IMG/VR virus record: IMGVR_UViG_3300043446_004500
Span: 64,001 to 128,000 of that record
DNA length: 64,000 nucleotides
Origin: a virus
Reading direction: 5' to 3' (one strand)
Shown here: positions 9,365-16,862 of the stretch, one piece after another
Layout of the letters: each line of letters begins with the position of its first letter
Position numbering within the stretch: the first letter of the stretch is position 1
The notes under the pieces: model-generated
Told to the model about the DNA's origin: nothing
What the model saw: only the letters and a program-made list of their open reading frames with translations
Databases searched by the model: none
Made by a program: the position numbers and the translations under genes

Positions 9365-10327
9365 ATGAAACTCAAAAACTTTATTGCTGTTGGTCTGGTT
9401 GCTGCTCCTGCTGCTGCTGTTGCTGGACCTGCTCTGAATGGTGCTGGTGCCACCTTTCCTGCACCGATTTACCAACGTTGGTTCCAAGATTATGCACGAA
9501 CTTCTGGGAGTAGGATTAATTATCAGTCCGTTGGTTCTGGTGCTGGTGTTCGTCAATTCGTTGCGGGCACAGTTGACTTCGGAGCAAGTGACGAACCCAT
9601 CAAACCCGCAGAAGCAGCAAAAGTGAAACGTGGTGTCGTTCAAATCCCGATGGTCGGTGGAACGATTGCTGTTGCTTACAATAAACCTGGATGCTCTCTG
9701 AAACTGACACAGAAGCAAACTGTTGATATTTTTGCTGGACGTACTAAAGATTGGAAAGCACTTGGATGTGCTTCTGGTCCTATTCGGGTTGTGCATCGTG
9801 CTGATGCTTCTGGAACCACCTTTGCCTTCACTAACTCTCTGGAAGCATTTGGTGGTTGGACTTATGGTGTTGCCAAGTCTGTGAACTGGCCCATTGGTGT
9901 TGCCTCTAAGGGTAATGAAGGTGTTGCTGGTACAATCAAGAACACTCCTGGATCTATTGGTTATGTAACGACTGGATTTGTTCGTTCTAACAAACTCCAA
10001 GCAGCAGCAATTCAAAACAAGGCAGGTAAGTTTATTCTTCCGACTGCTTCTTCTGGTTCTGCTGCTCTGAACAGTATTACTCTTGATAGTAATCTTGCTG
10101 GTGAAAATCCAAATCCTGCAAATGTAGGTGCTTATCCTATCTCCACTCTGACTTGGATCCTTGCCTATAAGACAGGTAATGGTGAGAAGGTAGATGATAT
10201 TCGTGCTGCCATTAAGTATGCTCTGAGCACTCCAGCACAGAGTATTGCTGATGATCTGGGTTATGTCCCTTTGAGTGGTTCTGTTCTCAACAAGGCACGT
10301 ATTGCTACTGACCGTATCGGTAAGTGA
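9365..10327 (+). CDS. pstS: phosphate ABC transporter substrate-binding protein PstS
   Basis: GAGATFPAPIYQRW, YQSVGSGAG, VDFGASD, HRADASGTT, AYPISTLTW. Confidence 0.95.
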   Translation: MKLKNFIAVGLVAAPAAAVAGPALNGAGATFPAPIYQRWFQDYARTSGSRINYQSVGSGAGVRQFVAGTVDFGASDEPIKPAEAAKVKRGVVQIPMVGGTIAVAYNKPGCSLKLTQKQTVDIFAGRTKDWKALGCASGPIRVVHRADASGTTFAFTNSLEAFGGWTYGVAKSVNWPIGVASKGNEGVAGTIKNTPGSIGYVTTGFVRSNKLQAAAIQNKAGKFILPTASSGSAALNSITLDSNLAGENPNPANVGAYPISTLTWILAYKTGNGEKVDDIRAAIKYALSTPAQSIADDLGYVPLSGSVLNKARIATDRIGK

Positions 10328-10339
10328 CGAAACTCTGAC

Positions 10340-10369
10340 AGTCAGGACGGGAAACCGTCTTGACTTTTC
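10340..10369 (+). terminator. terminator after pstS, overlapping the -35 of the hli promoter
   Basis: AGTCAGGACGG-GAAA-CCGTCTTGACT-TTT. Confidence 0.75.
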
Positions 10370-10388
10370 TTAACATTTCCTATATACT
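10360..10388 (+). promoter_or_regulatory. sigma70-type promoter for hli cluster
   Basis: TTGACT-17 bp-TATACT. Confidence 0.65.
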
Positions 10389-10413
10389 ATTGTTGTAAAT
10401 CGTTACAAAAGAC

Positions 10414-10608
10414 ATGACTGTTACTTCTAATGAGTACGGACAACAAAATATGTGGGCGAAAGAACCCGTAATGTACTATGAAAACTACGGAATGCTGACC
10501 CCCAACCAAGTCAAGGAGAGGACTAATGGACGCTGGGCGATGATGGGATTTGTTGCTGGTGTTATTTCTTATGCTATCACTGGCAACTTCTTCTTCGGTA
10601 TCTTCTGA
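10414..10608 (+). CDS. hli: high-light inducible protein
   Basis: ERTNGRWAMMGF chlorophyll-binding motif. Confidence 0.9.
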   Translation: MTVTSNEYGQQNMWAKEPVMYYENYGMLTPNQVKERTNGRWAMMGFVAGVISYAITGNFFFGIF

Positions 10609-10694
10609 TGACTGAAGCAATCTTTACCGTCACTAGTGTTGCATTTTTAGTTCTTCTGAGTTATTCTGTAGAGAAACTTTGTGAAACTTACTGA
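10608..10694 (+). CDS. 28-aa membrane microprotein (not in ORF track)
   Basis: MTEAIFTVTSVAFLVLLSYSVEKLCETY*; TGATG overlaps at both ends. Confidence 0.6.
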   Translation: MTEAIFTVTSVAFLVLLSYSVEKLCETY

Positions 10695-10969
10695 TGAGTA
10701 TTAATGTTAATGAGCAAATTGAAAATGCTCTTGAAAAACTTAAATGGGAAAAAAGTGATGAAATCGTAGTTGAAATTGGTGGAGTAGCAGTAACAGGAAC
10801 TGCTACTTCTCCTACTTCAAATCCAAAATGGTCTAAACCTTTTGGTACAGTTTCATATCAAAATGATTCTTTTATTATTATTAAAAACAAATCTAGGAAT
10901 CCTGTGATTCCATCTCAACCAAATCCTGAACTTAAACAACAACATTCTTATCAAGGAGAAAACAAATGA
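10694..10969 (+). CDS. conserved cyanophage hypothetical protein
   Basis: Translationally coupled ORF in hli cluster. Confidence 0.65.
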   Translation: MSINVNEQIENALEKLKWEKSDEIVVEIGGVAVTGTATSPTSNPKWSKPFGTVSYQNDSFIIIKNKSRNPVIPSQPNPELKQQHSYQGENK

Positions 10970-11085
10970 ACAAAATTTTTACGGATGCTGCTGAAAAACT
11001 GAACGGTCGCGCTGCGATGATTGGATTTGTTGCTGCTGCTGGTTCTTATCTGATTACCGGTCAGATCATTCCCGGTGTCTTCTGA
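10966..11085 (+). CDS. hli: second high-light inducible protein (39 aa, not in ORF track)
   Basis: MNKIFTDAAEKLNGRAAMIGFVAAAGSYLITGQIIPGVF*; AGGAG RBS. Confidence 0.92.
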   Translation: MNKIFTDAAEKLNGRAAMIGFVAAAGSYLITGQIIPGVF

Positions 11086-11101
11086 TTAATAGATTATAAT
11101 T

Positions 11102-11677
11102 ATGTTTAATATTTTTAAGAAAAAGGAAGAGAAAACTGTGGAGGTTAAAATGCGTAGTGAAGGTTATCAAATTCCTCATGTTGAATTTGTGTTCCGTGAG
11201 TCTGGTGAGTTTGTAAATCATACTTCTGCTGAACTTTTTCACGGAAAACGTGTAGTTATTTTCTCTCTTCCTGGTGCATTTACTCCTACCTGTAGTGCTT
11301 ATCAACTTCCTGGATTTGAGGAAAAGTATAATGAATTCAAAGCACTTGGTATTGAAGAAATCTATTGTATCTCAGTGAATGATGGTTTTGTTATGAATGC
11401 CTGGGCACAAGATCAAAACATTCAAAACGTAAAACTGATTCCTGATGGAAATGCACACTTCACCCGTAGTATGGGTATGCTCGTTAATAAATCAAACTTT
11501 GGGTTCGGTGAGCGCAGTTGGCGTTACTCTGCTGTGGTAGACAACGGGATTATTGAAAAGATCTTTGTTGAAGAAGGTCAACGTGATAATGCTGATACGG
11601 ATCCTTACGAAGCAACAAAACCAGAATCAGTTCTGGATTATGTAAAATCTACAATTTTAGAAAAAGAACTGGTGTGA
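11102..11677 (+). CDS. type II (Prx5-like) peroxiredoxin
   Basis: FSLPGAFTPTCS, SVNDGFVMNAW, RSWRYS; the true start may be ATG 11150 after GGAGG. Confidence 0.9.
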   Translation: MFNIFKKKEEKTVEVKMRSEGYQIPHVEFVFRESGEFVNHTSAELFHGKRVVIFSLPGAFTPTCSAYQLPGFEEKYNEFKALGIEEIYCISVNDGFVMNAWAQDQNIQNVKLIPDGNAHFTRSMGMLVNKSNFGFGERSWRYSAVVDNGIIEKIFVEEGQRDNADTDPYEATKPESVLDYVKSTILEKELV

Positions 11678-11680
11678 TTT

Positions 11681-11707
11681 AAAGGAGGGGTAAAACTCTC
11701 CTTTTTT
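11681..11707 (+). terminator. rho-independent terminator
   Basis: AAAGGAGGG-gtaaaa-CTCTCCTTTTTT. Confidence 0.65.
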
Positions 11708-11737
11708 AATAAATACATTTGCTCATGCAAAAGAGAA

Positions 11738-12439
11738 ATGCAAATAGATCTTCATAACTTTTTTAGATATTATGATGAAAAGAATCCCAAACACGTTGCG
11801 GCAGTAGAGCAACTTGAAAAGGATTTGCTCTTGAAAGCACAAGGTCTGATGCAAGATGATGCAAATTGGGTAAGAATCTATAGAACAAAACCAGAAGCAC
11901 CAAAATCAAATATTCTTGCGGTTCCATTTTACCCACAAACAGACAACTACAGGGATGCAAATAGAACCTGCAATTCTTCTTCCTGTGCAATGTGCCTTGA
12001 GTATTTTAAACCAGGAACTTTAAAAGGAGCAAAAGGCGATGATGCCTATGTTCAAAAAGTTTTTGCAATTGGTGACTCAACTGATCACTTGGTTCAAACC
12101 CGTGTGCTGGCGTCTTATGATGTTCAGTCATCTTTTAGTTACAGCCTCTCTTTTGATGATCTTGATAATGAGTTATCCAACAATAGACCTGTTGTCATTG
12201 GTATTTTACATAGGGGTCCTATATCTGCTCCTACTGGTGGGCACATGATTGTAGTTATTGGCAAAACTCCAGCAGGAGATTATGTTGTAAATGATCCTTA
12301 TGGTTCTTTAAATGATGGATATACTGGTGCGGTAATTAATGGTAAAGGTGTAATATACAAGAAATCTGAACTAGTTCGTAGATGGACTCCAGATGGTCCT
12401 AAATCTGGTTGGGGAAGAATTTTCCGAACAAAAAAGTAG
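11738..12439 (+). CDS. C39-like cysteine peptidase (putative cell-wall peptidase)
   Basis: Q.DN...RTCNSSSCAM, GGHMIVV, VNDPYG catalytic C/H/D; late-promoter ATAAATA upstream. Confidence 0.8.
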   Translation: MQIDLHNFFRYYDEKNPKHVAAVEQLEKDLLLKAQGLMQDDANWVRIYRTKPEAPKSNILAVPFYPQTDNYRDANRTCNSSSCAMCLEYFKPGTLKGAKGDDAYVQKVFAIGDSTDHLVQTRVLASYDVQSSFSYSLSFDDLDNELSNNRPVVIGILHRGPISAPTGGHMIVVIGKTPAGDYVVNDPYGSLNDGYTGAVINGKGVIYKKSELVRRWTPDGPKSGWGRIFRTKK

Positions 12440-12918
12440 AATCAACATTGCAAGGCAGTATCCCTCAATGTGGTGTTGATTTAATCAAACAATTTGAGGG
12501 ATGTCACTTGAATGCTTATCCTGATCCTTTAACTGGAGGATTGCCTATTACAATAGGGTGGGGAAGCACTAAAGATTTTGATGGATCTTTCTTTAAGATG
12601 GGAAGAAAAATAACACAACAGTATGCAGATAAACTGTTAATTTATAGTTTAAAAGTAAGATTTATTCCTTTATTAGAAAAAATACCTTATTGGAATGAAA
12701 TGAATGAAAATCAACAAGGAGCACTTATTTCTTTTGCTTATAATCTTGGTGCTAGTTTTTACGGGTCTCCCAATTTTAATAGTATAAGTAAAGTTCTTAA
12801 ATATAAGCAATGGAATAAAGTTCCTGATACTTTGTATCTTTATAGGAATCCTGGAAGTAAAGTTGAAGAAGGATTGATGAAAAGAAGAAAAACTGAGGGA
12901 CAACTTTGGATGAATTAA
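12409..12918 (+). CDS. GH24 phage lysozyme (endolysin); probably the C-terminal part of a -1 frameshift fusion
   Basis: LIKQFEGC...AYPD...TIGWGST, ALISFAYNLG, GL.KRR..E; no ATG start upstream of the catalytic Glu. Confidence 0.88.
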   Translation: MGKNFPNKKVESTLQGSIPQCGVDLIKQFEGCHLNAYPDPLTGGLPITIGWGSTKDFDGSFFKMGRKITQQYADKLLIYSLKVRFIPLLEKIPYWNEMNENQQGALISFAYNLGASFYGSPNFNSISKVLKYKQWNKVPDTLYLYRNPGSKVEEGLMKRRKTEGQLWMN

Positions 12919-12949
12919 TCAATAGTCCAATGATGGATATATTTTTTAT

Positions 12950-13288
12950 TTACATATAAGGATGAGCAATACCTTCATTCAACATTTTTTGATTTACTGT
13001 AATTGAATCGCCTACACAATAAAGAGTACCAAGTATTCTTCCATACTTATCTTCTTTAAATGTTTCTACAATCCACTCTCCTTCACGGGAGAGTTCTTTT
13101 TTTAGATATTCTTTTGCTTGTAGACCTTTTTCTTTCTCTTCTGCATTTAAGGTTCTTGTTTCCGAAGCATTGATACCTTTTAGACGAACTCTTTGCTTAA
13201 TTGTAAGACTAAACCCCAGATCAATATCAAGATCAACGGTGTCTCCATCAATCACTCTGTTGATCTTTTTTATTTTGTACTGATACAT
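12950..13288 (-). CDS. thermonuclease (SNase-like) family protein
   Basis: RVIDGDTV, RVRLKGINASE, DKYGRILG. Confidence 0.88.
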   Translation of the reverse strand: MYQYKIKKINRVIDGDTVDLDIDLGFSLTIKQRVRLKGINASETRTLNAEEKEKGLQAKEYLKKELSREGEWIVETFKEDKYGRILGTLYCVGDSITVNQKMLNEGIAHPYM

Positions 13289-13388
13289 TTTCTTGATTTG
13301 CAGTGAGTAGAATTTTATAAATTGCCCAAGCAGTTCCTAATAATCCAATTCCAAGTAAAATATTTACACTCCAGACTACATCGGTCAT
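13248..13388 (-). CDS. 46-aa single-TM protein (not in ORF track)
   Basis: MTDVVWSVNILLGIGLLGTAWAIYKILLTANQENVSVQNKKDQQSD*; ATGA overlap with upstream gene. Confidence 0.55.
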   Translation of the reverse strand: MTDVVWSVNILLGIGLLGTAWAIYKILLTANQENVSVQNKKDQQSD

Positions 13389-13576
13389 CTTTCCTCTTGT
13401 TTATGGATCCAAGTCTTTAATTCACTTACATATACTCTCAGCATTTCTGCTTTTTCTAGATGCCACAAATCACCACTCTTGAAATACTCTTGAGTGTGAT
13501 TATCTATTGCTTTAAGGATATTATGAATAGGTGCGTTCCAAGGTTCCCTTTTGGGAGTATTCCATTCTCGTGGCAA
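13385..13576 (-). CDS. hypothetical protein
   Basis: ORF track; GAGG RBS before TTG start. Confidence 0.6.
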   Translation of the reverse strand: MPREWNTPKREPWNAPIHNILKAIDNHTQEYFKSGDLWHLEKAEMLRVYVSELKTWIHKQEER

Positions 13577-13585
13577 GGTGACACC

Positions 13586-13687
13586 TCACTTTTTCTTGCC
13601 ACCATTTTTTGCTTTCTTCGCAGTCGCATTACCTTGATTTTGTTTTGAAGGTCCCTTCTTACCCTTCTTGTTAGGCGACTTAGACAT
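13586..13687 (-). CDS. 33-aa highly basic peptide (not in ORF track)
   Basis: MSKSPNKKGKKGPSKQNQGNATAKKAKNGGKKK*; AAGGA RBS and TAAATA late-type element upstream. Confidence 0.6.
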   Translation of the reverse strand: MSKSPNKKGKKGPSKQNQGNATAKKAKNGGKKK

Positions 13688-13722
13688 TAGTAGTCCTTAT
13701 GATACAAGAGTATTTAGAGGGG

Positions 13723-13756
13723 TTGACAGGTCCATGAAGAACTGTTATAATAAATA
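13723..13756 (+). promoter_or_regulatory. psbA promoter: perfect sigma70 consensus overlapped by T4-type late promoter
   Basis: TTGACA(13723)-17 bp-TATAAT(13746); ATAAATA 13750-13756. Confidence 0.85.
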
Positions 13757-13796
13757 CATCAACAAGTTAAGAAATGTAACAAGTTCTTAATGTTGC

Positions 13797-13875
13797 CCTC
13801 TACCTAACCGAGACCTATGGGGAGGTTAAACACAGTCTCTCATATCCACACTGGAGGGTGCTGTGGAACATAACA
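13797..13875 (+). ncRNA. structured psbA 5' UTR, PhotoRC-II-like motif
   Basis: GAGAC/GTCTC stem, CTCATATC linker, CCACA/TGTGG stem with GAGGG loop; family assignment from memory. Confidence 0.6.
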
Positions 13876-13921
13876 ATAATCGTTCGTCCCCCCGAACTCT
13901 TATCTAACTCTCTTAACAAAA

Positions 13922-15259
13922 ATGACTGCTACACTTTCACAACAACGACAATCAAATACTTGGGAACAATTTTGCGAATGGGTCACTTCCACTAATAATC
14001 GTCTATATATCGGAAATTTTGGAACCTTGATGATTCCAACGCTGCTTGCTGCAACAATGTGCTTCATCATTGCCTTCATTGCTGCACCTCCTGTAGACAT
14101 TGACGGTATTCGTGAACCAGTTGCTGGTTCACTTATGTATGGAAACAACATCATTTCAGGTGCTGTAGTTCCTTCAAGCAACGCCATTGGTCTTCACTTC
14201 TATCCAATCTGGGAAGCAAATTCACTTGATGAATGGCTTTATAATGGTGGTCCTTACCAACTGGTAGTGTTCCACTTCCTTATCGGTGTATTCTCTTATA
14301 TGGGTCGTGAGTGGGAACTTTCCTATCGTCTTGGTATGCGTCCTTGGATCTTCGTTGCTTACAGTGCTCCTGTTGCTGCTGCAACTGCCGTATTCCTGGT
14401 TTATCCTTTCGGTCAAGGTTCTTTCTCTGATGGTATGCCTCTGGGTATCTCTGGTACGTTCAACTACATGCTTGTGTTTCAGGCAGAACATAACATTCTG
14501 ATGCACCCTTTCCATATGCTTGGAGTTGCTGGTGTCTTCGGTGGATCATTGTTCAGTGCTATGCACGGTTCTCTGGTGACTTCTTCCCTTATTCGTGAAA
14601 CGACTGAAGATATCTCTCAGAACTATGGTTATAAGTTTGGTCAAGAAGAAGAAACCTATAACATTGTTGCTGCTCATGGATACTTTGGTCGTCTGATCTT
14701 CCAATATGCTTCCTTCAACAACTCTCGTTCACTTCACTTCTTCCTTGCTGCTTGGCCTGTAGTTGGTATCTGGTTTGCTGCTCTTGGTGTTTCCACGATG
14801 GCATTCAATTTGAATGGATTCAACTTTAATCAATCACTTCTGTCTTCTGATGGTCGTGTGATTAATACTTGGGCTGACATTCTGAATCGTGCCAATCTCG
14901 GATTCGAGGTGATGCACGAAAGGAACGCTAGATTTGTTGGTGTTCTTGCCTAGTAATAGGCATTAGTAAAATCGGGTTAAACGGGGAAACTCTCTATGAG
15001 ACAATCCCGTACCAAGTCAGAAAGGGTTTAAGTTTTCTGAAAGGTCTAACGACTAGGTAGTGAGTCCCAACAATAATCTACCCACGAATGCCCGACTCCT
15101 TAATAAACATAAGGATGAAGAGATAGTCTGAACTTACTGGTGACAGTAAGAAGTAAAGAATAAAGAGTCTTTACGATAACAAAATTGCACAACTTCCCAC
15201 TTGATCTTGCGGCAGCAGAAGTAACACCAGTTGCTCTTACTGCTCCTACTATTGGTTGA
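13922..15259 (+). CDS. psbA: photosystem II D1 protein, 2 exons (13922-14929, 15188-15259), 359 aa spliced
   Basis: Canonical D1 sequence; exon 1 ends HERNA(336), exon 2 [23 protein letters not shown]; Glu130 (high-light-type isoform). Confidence 0.97.
14930..15187 (+). ncRNA. group I self-splicing intron in psbA (258 nt, no internal ORF)
   Basis: 5' exon ends in U, intron ends in G; IGS GGUGUU pairs AACGCU with U-G at splice site; P7 GACUA/UAGUC (AAGAGAUAGUC); removal restores the frame. Confidence 0.92.
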
Positions 15260-15285
15260 TATAAAATTGAATATGTGATATAATT

Positions 15286-15316
15286 AAGAGACCTTCGGGT
15301 CTCTTTTTTATAAATA
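15286..15316 (+). terminator. psbA terminator abutting late promoter TATAAATA
   Basis: AAGAGACC-TTCG-GGTCTCTTTTTT then TATAAATA 15309-15316. Confidence 0.85.
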
Positions 15317-15342
15317 GTTATGGAAAGTTATGAGCAACTTAT

Positions 15343-15940
15343 ATGGATTTACACAAATTAGTAATAAATGAATGTGAAAGACGAGGACTGGAATTAATAT
15401 ATCTCCCAGAAAAACTTGTGCGTCGTTCTACTGATGTGATTGTTAGTTGCCCCTGCACAGGAAAAAGAAATATGAGTATAAGAAACTTTATTGTGACTTA
15501 TGAGAAAGATGGTGAAGCATTTTGTTGTAAAAGAAAATCAAAAGTTGGAAAAAACAATCCAGCATTTGGAAAACCAACTTGGAATGCTGGAACTGTTGGT
15601 GTATCAAAAAGTTATGGATTTTTTGGGTTTAAGGAGGAATGGTCTGATAGAGAAGATTATTTGTATTTTATAGAAACTACATATGGAACCTATAAAATAG
15701 GTAGGTCTTTTCACGGAATAAAATATCGTTTTACTGAAACTACAAAAGAACTTGGTGAATGGAAAGCAACTCATAAAGAAGTATTTGATTGTGAAAGATA
15801 CATATTGAACACATATAAACAATATCAAAAAAAAGATTGATGGTATAATTGGAGGGTCTGAACATTTCACAAAAGATTTGCCTATAGATAAAGTTATAGA
15901 ATACGCTAATAGTAATTTGCACAAGAACAATGTCTCATAA
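15343..15940 (+). pseudogene. free-standing GIY-YIG/T5orf172-like homing endonuclease with NUMOD3-like motif, frameshifted at an A8 run
   Basis: GKNNPAFGKPTWNAG, YLYFIE..YKIGRS; the +1 frame after A8 (15827-15834) continues IDGIIGGSEHFTKDLP...VS*. Confidence 0.6.
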
Positions 15941-16049
15941 ACCTCAACACGAACCTATGGAGCCCTGGGTAGTCTGGGCAGGTATAGGGATTATGTTGTT
16001 CACAGTTATTATATTTCTCGTATTTACTCTCAGTTTAATATATTTTTAA
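15930..16049 (+). CDS. 39-aa membrane microprotein
   Basis: MSHKPQHEPMEPWVVWAGIGIMLFTVIIFLVFTLSLIYF*. Confidence 0.5.
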   Translation: MSHKPQHEPMEPWVVWAGIGIMLFTVIIFLVFTLSLIYF

Positions 16050-16053
16050 ACAT

Positions 16054-16122
16054 ATGTTTTTCATTCTCGCAGTTCTTATTCTTTTTGGAATCTTTATGTT
16101 TGTAATGTCTATGATAGAGTAA
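16054..16122 (+). CDS. 22-aa hydrophobic microprotein
   Basis: MFFILAVLILFGIFMFVMSMIE*. Confidence 0.35.
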   Translation: MFFILAVLILFGIFMFVMSMIE

Positions 16123-16196
16123 TATCTTCAATTCATAACATTTGGATGACATAGAAAAAGGACTCAGTATAATTACTTAGGAGTTCTTTTTCTTTT

Positions 16197-16862
16197 ATGA
16201 AGATCTTTTTAGACACAGCAGATGTTGATATGATTGGTCCAGCATATGATACTGGACTGTTGGATGGAGTCACTACGAACCCAACTCTCATCCTCAAAAG
16301 TGGAAGACAATTAAAGGAAGTTATTGAAAATATTTCACAAGCATTTTCAAAGTTGGAAAGCATTTCTGCAGAAGTAGTTGCAGATACATCAGAAGAAATG
16401 CTTTCTCAGGCAGAAAAGTATTACACAATTGCACCAGCAGTCACAATCAAAGTTCCTTGTACTGTAGAAGGACTGAAGGCTTGTAAGTTTCTTTCTGACA
16501 AAGGAATTAAAACGAATGTAACTCTTGTGTTCTCAGTTGCACAAGCAATCCTTGCATCAAAAGCAGGAGCAACTTACATCTCTCCTTTCGTAGGAAGATG
16601 GATGGACAACTCTATTGATGGTATTGAACTCATCAAGAATATTCGTAAGACATTTGATCTTTCTGGTACATCAACACAAATTCTTGCAGCATCTCTTCGT
16701 GATGTGAGGCAGGTAGAACAATCTGCTCTTTCTGGTGCAGATGTTGTTACAATTCCACCAGTTGTATTCTGGTCAATGTATAAGAATGTAATGACTGAAG
16801 TTGGACTTGATTTATTCCAAAAAGATTGGGAGGAAGTTCTTAAGAGTAAAGGTGAAGAATGA
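16197..16862 (+). CDS. talC: transaldolase (TalC/FSA family)
   Basis: MKIFLDTA, GVTTNPTL, IKVP, TNVTLVFS, YISPFVGR, ILAASLR. Confidence 0.95.
   Translation: MKIFLDTADVDMIGPAYDTGLLDGVTTNPTLILKSGRQLKEVIENISQAFSKLESISAEVVADTSEEMLSQAEKYYTIAPAVTIKVPCTVEGLKACKFLSDKGIKTNVTLVFSVAQAILASKAGATYISPFVGRWMDNSIDGIELIKNIRKTFDLSGTSTQILAASLRDVRQVEQSALSGADVVTIPPVVFWSMYKNVMTEVGLDLFQKDWEEVLKSKGEE

Noticed and set aside
7256-10015. Long antisense ORFs (247, 170 and 219 aa) opposite the porin and pstS
   Set aside because: Shadow frames caused by strong codon bias of highly expressed genes; no RBS or recognisable motifs.
14930-14953. ORF-track D1 C-terminus RFVGVLA as a novel rogue D1
   Set aside because: It is intron sequence; the canonical HNFPLDLA exon lies at 15188.
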